Of a stretch of DNA of 64,000 nt, positions 25,156 to 37,783 are shown piece by piece. Source of the DNA: Octopus sinensis (Eukaryota); contig NW_021833049.1 in the NCBI RefSeq assembly GCF_006345805.1, positions 1-64,000 on the forward strand, written 5' to 3'. The position numbers and the translations under genes were made by a program. Below the pieces are notes generated by a model. That model had not been told where the DNA came from and ran no database searches. It was given only the letters and a program-made list of their open reading frames with translations. The first letter of the stretch is position 1, and every line of letters begins with the position of its first letter.

Positions 25156-25571
25156 CATGTCTGTCTTCCTGTCTGTCTGCCTGTCTGTCTGTCTATCTAC
25201 CTACCTACACACACACACACACGCACACACACATAGAGAGAGAGAGAGAGAGAAATATAGAAATATACAAGGTGTAAAGATACTGAAGATTCAGTATACA
25301 CCACGTTGCCTTCCCTTGGTTCACTCCCTAGACTCATTCTTCTTATTCTTCAAACATCCAAAATGACGAAACCCCTCTGTCACGAGAACTGATTACTGTA
25401 CAATGTTCCTTGAAAAGCTAATTTAAATAGTGAAAACCGGTTGGAATTCCCGATATTGATATAATATGTATATATTTATAAATAGATATTAAACTATAAG
25501 AAACAAAGGCATTTCTCTTCTCCTTTTTATTTTTTTCTCTCTACATATTTTCAACTCCCTCCCTCTCTCTT

Positions 25572-25633
<62 letters not shown>

Positions 25634-25636
<3 letters not shown>

Positions 25637-26031
25637 TTATATATAAAAGTGAAGTTGTGTGTCTGTCTCCTATGATTTAGATTCCTAACTACTCCCACAT
25701 TTTGCAGTGCAGTTTAACCAAAACCGGGTATCTTATAGTCGTGATTCATATCGAGCCCTTCTGGGTATTAGCGCGCGTCTACGATGAGTCTACGATTTAA
25801 AAAAAAAATTTACCATCATTTTTTTCCATTTTAATGCATTTTTCGCTATTATATAAGGGAAGTAACTCTCTAAAAATGTCTACGATGAGTCAACGATTTA
25901 AAAAAAAAATTTACCATAATTTTTTTCCATTTTTAATGCATTTTTTTTCTATTTTTTGGCTATAACTCTCTAAAAATGGTTATATAGTTATTTCCCTTAG
26001 AAACCCGAGCAACGCCGGGCGATACTGCTAG
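25634..26031 (+). mobile_element. Non-autonomous Helitron (family of 4027-4521) with internal duplication
   Basis: TCTTTATATATAAAA start; cccgagcaacgccggg...CTAG end. Confidence 0.85.
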
Positions 26032-26349
26032 TATATATATATATATAACAAAATAATAAATAAAACACATGCATATATACATACATATATGTACTTACCT
26101 ACATCTATATGTATATATACATGTATATATGGGTACAGGACACCAAAAAAACGTTGAACACAATAAGAAACGAAAACATAAAAACAAAACCAAGGAAACG
26201 GACATTTTTTTAAACAACGAAAAACAGAGTACAAGACATACAACACAAGGAAAATCCCCCTTCTTCAGCAGCCTCTGTTTCATCTACTCTGTGTTTCGAA
26301 GGTAAAGGCGAGACACGACTTTGTTGAAACAGTACTTCCTGCAAAGCAA

Positions 26350-27415
26350 ATTAAATAAAATAGTATGATCCGCTGGATGTATGTCAGTCTACATGCACGA
26401 TAGTAGAGAAATGTTGGGCTTGAGAAGCATCAAATATGGTGTGCATGAGAAACGACTGCACTGGTATGGTCATGTGTTATGTATAGATGAGGACAGCTGT
26501 GTGAGGAAGTGCCACTCCCTAACTGTGGAAGGAACCAGTGGAAGAGGTAGACCAGGAAGACATGGGATGAGGGGGTGAAGCATGACCATCGAACATTGGG
26601 CTTCACAGAGGCAATGACAGGAGACTGAGACCTTTGGAGATATGCTGTGATTGAGAAGACCCAGCAGCTAAAGTAAGATCGCAGCCATGGCCATTGCCAG
26701 TGTTGCATGTCCAGCCCATTTGAGAGTAGCCCTGATGTGTCGGGCGATATGATATGCTTGAGAAGACCTATTGAGTCAAGTAAAACCAAAATCATAGCTA
26801 TGGACAGTGCTCCTTGATTGGCTTCTGTTCCCATGGCATGTAGAATGCATCATTTAAACGTGGCTGATACCAGTGTCCCCTTACTGGCTCTTGTCTGGAT
26901 GGCACATGAAAAGTACCATCCGAACATGGTCGATGCAAGGTCTGCATGACTGGATCCTATGCTGGTGACACGTAAAAAGCACTATCCAAACGTGATCGAT
27001 GCCAGAACCGCCTGACTGGCCCTCGTGCCAATGGAATATAAAAAGCACTATCCAAATGTGGCTGATGCCAGTACCCCTTGACTAGCTACCGTGCTGGTGG
27101 CACGTAAAAAGCACTATCCAAACGCAATCAATGCCAGGACCGCTTGACTAGTGTCTATGCCGGTGGCACGTAAAAAGCACTATCCGAACATGATCGATGC
27201 CAGGACCACCTGACTAGCTCCTGTGCCGGTGGCAGGTAAAAAGCACCCACTACACTCTTGGAGGGGTTGGCGTTAGGAAGGGCATCAAGCTGTAGAAACA
27301 TTGCCACACCAGACTGGAGCCTGGTGCAGCTGCTGGCTCTCCAAACCTCGGTCAAACTGTGCAACCCACGCCAGCATGAAAACGGATATTAAACGATGAT
27401 GATGATGTTGATGAT
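26350..27415 (+). mobile_element. RTE LINE 3' end with 3'UTR tandem units
   Basis: KRLHWYGHVL..DEDSCVRKC...VEGTSGRGRP, then ~6 ~53-bp units and a (gat)n tail. Confidence 0.88.
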
Positions 27416-27710
27416 ACATGAGGAGGTCTCCAAAAGTAACTGGAAACGTTCTCTGTGGGTAGCCTGTTGTAGTTCAGGCTTCTGCCGCTAAAGGCAACTT
27501 GATGCAACCCCCAGGCATCAGTCTACCGACCAGCATGCTCAGGTTACGTTGTATTGGCATGTGGTGCATCTTTGTTTTGCAGTGCTTCTCCCTTGTTCAT
27601 CAATTTTTACAATGGCTGAAACGAAGGAACAGCATGCTTCCGTGAAATTTTGTATTTTGCTAGGAAAAACGGAGGCTGAAACAATTGTCATGCTTCAAAC
27701 AGTTTACCAT
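27416..27710 (+). mobile_element. Mariner 5' fragment
   Basis: MAETKEQHASVKFCILLGKTEAETIVMLQTVY. Confidence 0.7.
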
Positions 27711-28559
27711 AATTTCAGTAATTTTGCCTTATGCACTACAGTAAACAACATACCAGCTGGTCGGTGGAGCATGGTACTCACCAACCGTGGTAGAGATTGT
27801 GTAAGTAAATGTAGCATATTTGTGATACGACAATATATTTTCTATTTACCATAGCTTACTGGTGTAGTATTAAGATTATATTAGTGTTTGCAGTTGTAGA
27901 AAGGAAGTTATTTCAAGCAATGTGGAGAGATCAAAAGGGAGTGAGTTGAGGTATTGAAACTCTGGTGAGTGGTGATATCTGGCAACCTTGTGAATAGGCT
28001 GATCACCCGCAATTATATCAAGAAGTTGAACAGAGAGCATCATACGTTTGTCATTTGGGGCCTTGTCATAACCCACTGATCTAAGAATGTAAGTACGAAT
28101 AATTTTAACTTTCACATTTTTATCCTGTTTGTAATATGATAAATTTTAACTAAAATTATGAGAACAAAATTTTAATTAAATTCATTACCTATCGTTTCCG
28201 TTTTCTGAAATGGCTGAAAAAAAAAATCAATCAGGACAAGTGTATTGTTATTGTGGGTGTAATAATGTGTGTACTGTGAATGTGACCCTTTAATAATACA
28301 CAAATGGCTTCTTTATTATTATTACATTAAAAAAATATTAAACTTTAATTTTTAAATACAATTTAAGAACAATGCATTCACCAGATTCCAAAGATTATAC
28401 CAGAATAATAATTTTCTTTTTAATACACAATGAAATGAAGAAAAAATTCAATTATAATTATAATTAAAGAAAAAACTAATTACCTTAACTAAATAAAGTT
28501 AAATAATAGAAACACTGAAATATTTGCGACAATATTAATTACTTTTATTCCTAATTTAT

Positions 28560-30135
28560 AGATGGCAAAGCAAGGTCCTATGGACATATTTATCAAGCCG
28601 AGACATCCAGTTGCTGAATGCAATTTTGAATCAGATGACGGCAATGTAAATGAAACTGAAGTATTGCTGGCAAAAAGAATTCATACTAGTGTCACTTGGA
28701 AATATGACTCCTCATACATTCAATTTGCTTTTGTAGACACAAATGATGGGGGGAATGCAAAAACCACTGTTTGTTATTTGTGGAGATGTATTGGCTAAAG
28801 ACTCAATGAAGCCATCAAATCTCAAGAGACATTTAAATACAAAACATAAAGAAATGAGTTCAAAGCTGAAAGAGTTCTTTGAAAGAAAGTAGATACTTGA
28901 AGTGTCATACGTAAATACTTGTGCATGGTGGGCTTCTTATAAAGTAGCACTTCGAATTGCAAAGGCTAAAAAGTCATACATAATTGGTGGGATGCTAGTA
29001 ATAGGCTGTATTCAAGATGTCTGTATGTAAATGCGAGGCAAGCTGGTGGTAGAGAAAGTGGCTCAGGTACCACTTTCAAATGACACTATAGCTCGATGAA
29101 TTCATGATCTGACTCATGATACGGAAGATCAGCTCATAGGACAGATTAAATTAGCAAAGTACTTTCCTTAGCAACTTGATGAGTGTACAGACTTTGCTAA
29201 TCAAGCAATCCTGAAGGTGTATGTGCACTTTGAACATAAAGGTGATTTGAAGGAAGAGTTCTTTTTTTTTCTCTGCTTCACCACCAAGTAAAACAATTAG
29301 TTCTGAAGTGTTCAAGACTGTGAGCGATTACATCGTTAACAAATGTGGGTTGGATTTCGAGTTTTGTGTAGGTGTATGTTCTGATGGTGCTGCTTGTTTG
29401 TTTGTTGAGCGAAGTGGTCTTCGTCCCAGAGTGGGAGAAGTCCGAAACGTGGTCCTTTGCTATTCGTAAGACCCGCAGAAGAGAAAGCAGGTCAACCCCC
29501 GACACCGAGAGCATCGACGGTAGGATGAATGTACATCCAGGCTCAGCAGTTGCGTAGGAAGTCGGGGATAAGAAACAGGAAGAAAGAGTGAGAGAAAGTT
29601 GGAGTGAAAGAGTACAACAGGGGTCACCACCACCCCCTGCCGGAGCCTCGTGGAGCTTTAGGTGTTTTTGCTCAATAAACACACACAACGCCTGGTCTGG
29701 GAATCGAAACCGTGATCCACAAACCGTGAGTCCGCTGCCCTAACCATTGGGCCATTGCACCTCCACTTGATGGTGCTGCTGCAATGACTGGACAGCATTC
29801 AGGAGTGGTCACCCAGATTAAGGCGCTTGCCCCAGAATGCAAGTCAACATGCTGCTTTCTTTACCGAGAAAATTTTGGAAAAAAAAATGTCAACAGAACT
29901 AAACAGTGTGCTCAGCGAGGTTGTGAAAGTTCTTCAGGACAAAGATCCAAATTGGTCACAATTGCTCAGAGATGTGAATTGGTTAGCCAAGCTGGCTCAT
30001 TTGACTGATATCTTTGCCATCTTTAATGATCTCAAAACCTCCATGCAGGGAACAATGGCTTTCTGGTTTACATTGGTAGACAAGATTGATGAACTGAAAC
30101 GAAAGCTAGAAGCAGGGAAGAGTCAAGTGAAATGA
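28560..30135 (+). mobile_element. hAT Buster/Charlie-type transposase fossil
   Basis: SMKPSNLKRHL, PLSNDTIAR, LDECTD, SDGAAAMTG, WLAKLAHLTDIF. Confidence 0.88.
29395..29767 (-). mobile_element. tRNA-derived SINE (octopus OR-type) with 13-bp TSD
   Basis: A/B-box head ggcccaatggttagggcagcggac...ggtttcgattccc; TSD tgatggtgctgct at 29382-94 and 29768-80. Confidence 0.88.
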
Positions 30136-30391
30136 TGTGTTCATTGTAGGTTTCTAAATAAACTGAAATACGTAATAAAGTCAACACAAGTCATCTTACT
30201 ATTTCTTTTGTCCCTTCATTGATTTTTATAATATTGATTTTGTATTATATATTTGTCTATATGTGTTTACTTTATGCGTATTTCAGTAATATAATATGTA
30301 TACTGGTCATATATTTGTGTACATCATTAATATATAAGTGTATGAGGATGTATGTATTCAAATATAAGTTTATATGTACATTCATGCATTC

Positions 30392-30436
<45 letters not shown>

Positions 30437-30859
30437 GGGGTGTCGGTTTCTAAAACTTCAAAGTTGATTAACGTTTTCATGGTTGGATTTGTAAACTACA
30501 ATAAGAATAACACTGGTCAACAAAGAATTTGTTCCAAGAAAAAGAATACCTGTATCTTATATGTTTTTGCATGCAGAATGCAAAAATAATGTCAAATTAT
30601 CTGTATCACCCACAGTTTCTCTCTTCCATGATATCCATCTCAGTTCCTGTTATGTGAGCTATATTTCGGTTAAGCTGTTGAAATATGAAGCTAACGGTTT
30701 AAGAAATACTGCTAATTTAAATGTTTATGAATAGAATTAACCTAGTGAAATCATAAATCCAGCTAGCTGAGTCAATGAGTCCCTGAAGCTTGGCAATACT
30801 GAGTTGATGCATCATTGATGCTTTGTCAGTACTGTGCATGAAGTGTAGGTGTGCAGTTG

Positions 30860-31560
30860 TGTACTAAGTTCACATGTTCCATTCACCTTCATAATGCCAT
30901 GAAACTGTATAAGTATTGCAAGCAACTTTTGCTATATTTGCGTTGGCTTAACATTCAAAGTCACAAAGATAGTGATTCATACTATTGATTAAAAAGTGCT
31001 ATGTGCATTATTTTGATTGCAAAGTGGGTGACCAGGATAAAAGCTGGGCCCCTCATGTGTGTTGTGTAACCTGTGTCAGGCTTCTCACTGTATGGGCCAA
31101 AGGTTCATGCTGTATGCCTTTTGCTGTCCTTTTGATTTGGAGGGAGTCCAAAGATCACACTTCAGGTTGCTACTTCTGCATGACGAATATGCAAGATATA
31201 ACATTAAATCCGAGCATACTGTAAGATATTCTAATTTACAATCTGTTATGAGACCAGTACTTCACAGTCAACACATCCCTGTACCTGACCCTCAAAAACA
31301 AATGACACTTAGTGATGACAAGTCAAGTGATGAAAATATGGAGAAAGAAACAGAAGACATAGACTTTGAGCCTAATTGTTCTACAAGCGAACCACATTTG
31401 TTGAGTCAGGGAGATCTGAATGATCTTGTGCAGGATTTAAACTTGTCAAAAAAGCAGACTGAACTTCTGGGTTCCAGATTAAAGAGCTAGAATCTTCTCC
31501 AGAAAGAAAACAAAGTTAGTTTTTATTATGCTCAGCATTGTAAGTTTGCAAATTCTTTTC
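30860..31560 (+). mobile_element. Chapaev3-like (CMC) transposase N-terminal fossil
   Basis: YFDCKVGDQDKSWAPHVCCVTC...REPKDH..CYFC-like, LSQGDLNDLVQDLNLSKKQTELLGSRLK. Confidence 0.75.
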
Positions 31561-32048
31561 TCACTTGAGGCGGCATCGTCTTTCTTGCGGCCGAAAGCCT
31601 CTCTTCGCATGTCGAGCGAAGGGAAGTGCTGTTCTTGGTTAAGGCTGATGCAAAAACGGATATTGCTCCTTGGTCTGGCTGACACCTAACAGCCGGTATT
31701 GCTCCTGGGTCATAGCTGACACATGAGAGTAAGATAGAAAATTCTCTCTGTTAACCTTAAACAAAGGAATGACCTTTCCTTGACCAGTACAGCTCCTAGT
31801 GTGGAGGGTTTCCCGCTCGTTTTGACAAGCAACAAGCCGATGAATTTGGGTTTCAAATCTCAGGCAGAGTCATGCTAGACCCTTACAGATTCTTTAATTT
31901 ACGAGACAAAGTAATTGGTTGATCGTAATCAAAATTCAGAGTTGCATCGATACACCAAAATTGAAAGCAATCTGAGCAAAATTAAAGGGGGTACATTTTG
32001 CGAATGAAAGATCCGAATTGCGTTTTCCATATCTTGAAAGACAGAGAA

Positions 32049-32081
<33 letters not shown>

Positions 32082-32159
32082 ACACACACACACACACACA
32101 CACCACACACACACACACAGAGGCACGCACGCACGCAAATACACACACACACATACACA

Positions 32160-32625
32160 CGCGATCTCTCATGGCTTTCAAGGTAAGGGCGTTCACTTCT
32201 TCTTTGTTCGTTTATAAAGAATTAATATTTTATTGTATGGCATTACTACAGATGTATACCCCATCTTCCAACAAATCTTTACATACATCAATCTACAGGA
32301 TCTAAGCGATTATTTGTTGAAAGTTTCGTTAAATAGTATCCATTTTAGATTACTTTTTAACGAAATTTTCAGCAAATAATCGCTTAGATCAGTGGTTCCC
32401 AATCGATTTTTGGCCGTGCCCCATCCAATCATTTCTGATGCCCCTTGTGATATTTAATTTTTGTTATTCAAAATTCGGTTAATGCTTACCCGTAAACATA
32501 ATAAAGAAAAAATAATGCAACGGATGTAAGAAAAAAATGTGTAGGAAACGAGTATGAAAAAGAAAAAAAAAATTGCGCGGGGCAGACTTCCAAAATTCAC
32601 AAGACCCGAGTTTTTCCCTGAAAAA
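32160..32625. repeat. Unclassified repeat, inverted homolog of 1840-2295
   Basis: Direct sequence comparison. Confidence 0.8.
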
Positions 32626-32716
32626 TGAAATTTAATATAAATACCTGTAGGATTTGTTATCTATCTATGTGTGATATATGCATTTGTTGGGTGCTTCACA
32701 CATTTCCCTACAATGT

Positions 32717-33089
32717 TGTAGAAAGGAATAAAACGGCAGGAACACGAATCTCTGAACAAATAACAATAATAGTTTATTTTTCACCGAAGGAGATATTTCA
32801 TCGCTGAACATCGGTAGCGTGAACGCCAGGGATAGGATAGGAAACAGAAGAGTTGGATTAAATCTCCATGGTTGAAACAGTCTTCACCGCCCGCCGAGTC
32901 TGGTTCGCCTCCGCTCGGCGCCTTGTCGGGTCACGTCTTAATTCGTCGACCGTCTTGAGATCGAGTAGCGGGAAAAGCTAACTACTGCTGATTACTGCGC
33001 GTGCGCATAAGGGGGCTCCCAGCAGGCCTACCGGAAGACACCAAACATTGCACATGCGCAGATGAACATCCCAAAATGGCGTCACTACA
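32717..33089 (-). mobile_element. Gypsy 3' LTR (~373 bp)
   Basis: TGTAG...CTACA termini; GGGGAGCC polypurine tract at 33091-98 on the minus strand, downstream of the integrase. Confidence 0.75.
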
Positions 33090-33529
33090 AGGCTCCCCAT
33101 TGAGTGCGGAGCACGAGAATATAAAGATTGTAGTGGCACCAGAAACAAGATAGCTACCGATCTACCACAGATGAGGCACAAAATATGACAACTCAAGAAA
33201 AATTGTAATTACAATATAAATGAGCATGCAAAAGAAAAACAAAAATTTTCTTCAAGAAATGTTCAATAACAAAACATTGAAATGTCCAATACACAAGAGA
33301 ATATAATGTGTACACACGTACACATTATGTATGCACGACCGCCATGTCTAATTGTCCAAGCGTTCTAATTTCACCTTTTCGCTACAGTTATGCCCATTTA
33401 CTTTATAATTGTCGTTTTGTCTGATAAGGGAGCTCTGTAGCGTTTGTACAATACTTTATCCCTCTCTGAGAGAATATCACGCAATGACAGTCACGAATAC
33501 ACCATTGTTTGTACTCACAATAGAAAATG

Positions 33530-35426
33530 TCAAATGTAAATAGTCTTTGCAAGTTTCTTAGGCCAGTGAACAGTTCGGCCAGTCCTGGTAACATAGGATT
33601 TGATCGAGGCAGGTTGCGACAACGAAGGTGGTGTTGTAGGTGCTGGTGTTGTCAGAGGTGCATGTGTAAGTGATGGTGTTGACAAAGGTGCACGTGTAGG
33701 TTCAAAGGTGGGCGTGGCAGCGGTGTCATCGAAAGATGTGGACACCTCAGAATATGCTCGTTTAAGTCTATCTACAGAAACGGTCTCCGAGCGACCATTC
33801 ACATCGATTGTTAAAAACTTTGGGTGTGCGAGAAAGCACACGAAAAGGTCCTCTGTAAGGAGAAACAAGAGGTCCCTTGACATAGTCATCTTGAATAAAA
33901 ACATGCGACCAAGAATCAATATCTGACGGGACATTAGAGGGTGAAGATTGGTCCCGGGAACCCATGGGAGGAAGATTAGAAAAATAGGTGCGAAGTCTGG
34001 CGACGTATGACGCCGGATCATTAAGCCGTGAAATGTCTGGTACCAACAACGTACCAGGCAACGCTAGTGTGGTACCATACAATAGCTCTGCAGAGGAAAA
34101 ACCCAAGTCTGCTATGACAGCAGTACGACAACCAAGAAACACAATGGGCAGAAATTCAGTCCAGGACTGCGGATCTGGAGAGGCACGAAGAGCGGCCTTG
34201 AGCTGCCTATGAAACCGTTTGACCTTCCCATTGGAAGCTGGATGGTAACTGATCGTGCGAATATGATGCACACCTAGAATACGTGACAATTCACGAAATA
34301 AGGAAGCTTCAAACTGGCGTCCACGATCAGTAGTTAAACTGGACGGAACTCCGAAACGGGAAATCCAGTTAGAGACAAAAGCTTGAGCAACAGATTCAGC
34401 AGAAATGTCTGCTATAGGAATGGCTTCCGGCCAACGGGAGAAACGATAGATACAAGTCAAGATGTAAGAGAACCCGCGACTCACAGGCCATGGTCCAACC
34501 AAGTCAATGTGGACAAGGCGAAAACGGGCCTCCAGAGGAGAAAACTGTCCAAGCGGAGCACGAATGTGTCGCTGGACCTTGGAGCGTTGGCACTGGGAGC
34601 AACTACGTGTCCAAGACGTAATTGTGCGACGCATATTCGGCCAGAAAAACCGAGCAGTGATAAGCTTAAGTGTGGCAGCGATGCCCGGATGCGACAAGGA
34701 GTGCAGGGCCTCAAACACTGAGCGTTGGTGATTCTCAGGCACCAGTGGCCTGGGAGAACCAGTAGAAGTATCATAAAGAATAGTTCCTTCAGCCGATGGA
34801 AGCGGAAAATATGCAAATTGGCAACAAGAAAACCTTGGCGAAGTTAAATCTAACGTCGCCAGGGCTGGTTGGTCCTGCGAAATGGTAGTCAAGTTGATTT
34901 CAGCAGGTGATGAAAGGGAACAGACTGGAAGACGAGAAAGAGCGTCAACAGGAACGTTCTCTTTTCCAGGTATGTGACGAATGTCACTGGTAAATTGTGA
35001 AATAAAATCCAGGTGACGGAAAGCACGAGGCAAGAGTTTGTCCGTCTTAGACGATAGGGCAAACGTAAGAGGCGTGTGATCAGTATAGATCACAAAATCT
35101 CGCCCTTCGAGTTGATGTTGAAAACGACGAATTGACAGGTAGATCGTCAAGAGTTTGCGATCAAAAGTGCTGTACCGCAGCTCAGCCAGTTGTAACTGGC
35201 GAGAGAAGAAAGCTAGAGGTCGAGTCTGATCGTCCACTGTGTGTTGCAGTACCGCGCCGACCGCAGTGTCCGATGCATCCACTGTTAACGAGAGTGAAGC
35301 ATCGGGAATCGGATGTGCTAGCAACGGGACAGAAACTAATTCCTTCTTGATGGACTCGAAAGCAGATAATACTTCAGCAGAGAGGATGAGTGGACCGTCC
35401 TTTTTAGAGGTGTCCTTTAAACCCAC
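33530..35426 (-). mobile_element. Gypsy pol: RT end, RNase H and integrase (frameshifted near the C-terminus)
   Basis: [29 protein letters not shown]...[31 protein letters not shown]. Confidence 0.95.
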
Positions 35427-35436
35427 ATGAAATATA

Positions 35437-35481
<45 letters not shown>

Positions 35482-35557
35482 AGATTAGATCGTATACGAG
35501 TGGGTATATATTTGTAAAAAAGAAGTTTGAAAATGCCACTATATTAGATAAATTTTA

Positions 35558-35608
35558 AATTTTACATGTTTCGGTTCTTGAAATAACGAACCTTATCAAA
35601 AAGAATTT
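35558..35608 (-). ncRNA. Minimal type I hammerhead, U3-A8 variant (copy 1)
   Basis: UUGAUAA-GGUUC-guuauuucaa-GAACC-GAAA-CAUGUA; palindromic stem III; weak stem I. Confidence 0.55.
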
Positions 35609-36307
35609 TTTTATAATAAAGAGTATAATGGAATAGTTCATAATTGTTTCATACATTCAATAGAGTCCATGCTATATACATAAAAAGTATAATGGAACAG
35701 TTCATAATTGTTACATACATTCAATAGAGTCCATGCTATATACATTCAATAGAATCCATGTTCTTGAAAAGGCGAAAAATATATTATAAGCTGTAAGTCG
35801 TTCCTCACTGTTTTGTCAAGTGTAGTGCAGGAGTTCATTATAGATTTTACCTTGTGTTCCGATGGGAGCAACAGTAGTGATTCTTGGTTGTCGTAATTTT
35901 GGTCAACTTAATGAACTCCTGCACCAAAAAGTAAACGATGGACAAGGCAAACCTACATATAGCTACGCACTACGTAAACATAAACAACCATATCCTCTAT
36001 CTCACCCAACACCCCCGAATTGCACCTACACACACATACACATCCACGCACACTTCCACAAAAAAGTATACAGTGGACAACGCAAACTTGCATTTAATGG
36101 AACACATACAAATATATTTATGCATCCAATCGCACATACACAAGCATGCACACATGAAAGTGGACGAGAAAACCATCATGTACTGTCAACAAATATACAA
36201 ACAAAAACACATATCTACATACATATATATGTATATACAACTCTGTATGTAATAATAATAATAATAATAACGTAAAATATAACGAGAGCAATATTATCAA
36301 TAATAAT

Positions 36308-36847
36308 ATGCCGATGCATATGGGAATAATAAGTAATAATGATAGTAATATTAATAATCATAATATTGATAAGAATACAGCAGCAAGTAATCATAATAAA
36401 GTAAAGCAATTACAGCAAGATAATAGGTGCAATTGTAGAATTAAGGAAAATTGTGTCTTCAATAATGACTGTTTGAAAAAGGAGGTAGTATACCAATGCA
36501 TAGTAAGTACACAATATGATAATAGAGTATATATTGGGGCTACTAAGAATAATTTGAAACAGAGACTTAATTATCACAGATATACTTTTAAAGATAGGAA
36601 TAGGATTAATTCTACAGGGTTAGGTGCATATATATGGGAGCTTAAGGGCAAAAATATCAATTATAATTTGCAATGGAAAATACTTATATCTGCACCAGCG
36701 TATAATAATAGGAATAGAAAATGCTCATTATGCATTAATGAGATTTTCTTTATAATTAGGGCTAATTTACCAATTATTAACAATTTTAAGGAACGAAATG
36801 TTTCATGCCTTCATAGACTGGCGTATACTTTCTCTAGATACAAATAA
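36308..36847 (+). mobile_element. Penelope-like GIY-YIG endonuclease domain (5'-truncated PLE)
   Basis: CNCR..ENC....CL...VVY...VYIGAT...KQRL..H...T.L..YIWELK...LQWKIL...CSLC..E. Confidence 0.9.
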
Positions 36848-37287
36848 TACTTATTTCTAAATACCCTTTAAAATAGATATAAATAGTTGTTAAGAGCTTT
36901 TTTACTTTATTATATTTAGAAATACAAAATTGTAAAGGGTTATGGGCATATTATTTTTTGTATATCTATGTATAAGTGCATAATATATGTATTTGTATAT
37001 GAATGTTTGTGTATTTATATATTTTGATATAAGTGTTTTTTGTGTGTACATATTTGTATTTTTTATATACTGGTACTTGTGTGTAAATTTATCTTTATAT
37101 TTATGTATATTGATATTTATTGATTTTTGGCTTTTAGTACATAGTTATGTACATAGTACGAGTCAATGTACTAAACATATTGTGGTCACTATTGGATTTG
37201 TATATGTGTGGATACATATGTATATATATATATATATATATATTTGTAAAAAAGAAGTTTGAAAATGCCACTATATTAGATAAATTT

Positions 37288-37340
37288 TAATTTTTACATG
37301 TTTCGGTTCTTGAAATAACGAACCTTATCAAAAAGAATTT
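37288..37340 (-). ncRNA. Minimal type I hammerhead, U3-A8 variant (copy 2)
   Basis: Lies in a ~145-bp direct repeat of 35490-35640. Confidence 0.55.
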
Positions 37341-37384
37341 TTTATGATAAAGAGTATAATGGAATAGCTCATAATTGTTTCATA

Positions 37385-37783
37385 AGGCCAAGTTGGAGCA
37401 TGTGCTCAAACTCGGCCCTAGCCGCTTTTAGACGGTCAGGCGCAAGGCGCCGTGAGCGCGACAATACAGGCGGCCCAGTGGTGGTGATAAAATGAAGGGT
37501 CGAGTGGGTAGGCTTTTCCGGTTGAAAGGCAATGTCCACTAGCTCCGGAAATGAAGCCAAAAGAGAGTGAAAAGCGTCTCCAGAGGTGGCAACAAAGAAT
37601 GTCGGGCTAAGGACCGCATTGGTGGAACTCCTAGTCGGCGTAGAGAGCGACGTCGTGCTGTCAAGAAGCCTCCGACGCCTGACATCCACCAATAGATTAA
37701 ACCTATCCAAGAAATCAGCGCCGAGAATAGGATGCGGGATGTCAGCGATGACGAAAACCCATTGAAAATCTCGACGAAGATTG
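37385..37783 (-). mobile_element. Gypsy protease C-terminal half and RT start
   Basis: FVIADIPHPILGADFL...TTGPPV.SR.RRLAPDRLKAARAEFEHMLQLG. Confidence 0.9.

Noticed and set aside
27876-28115. Minus-strand ORF (..ILRSVGYDKAP..) as a gene
   Set aside because: Short, no splice support or assignable domain; probably transposon debris
29640-29767. tRNA-like A/B boxes here, at 47800-47900 and in other SINE heads as tRNA genes
   Set aside because: No complete cloverleaf; they continue into SINE bodies, one with a TSD
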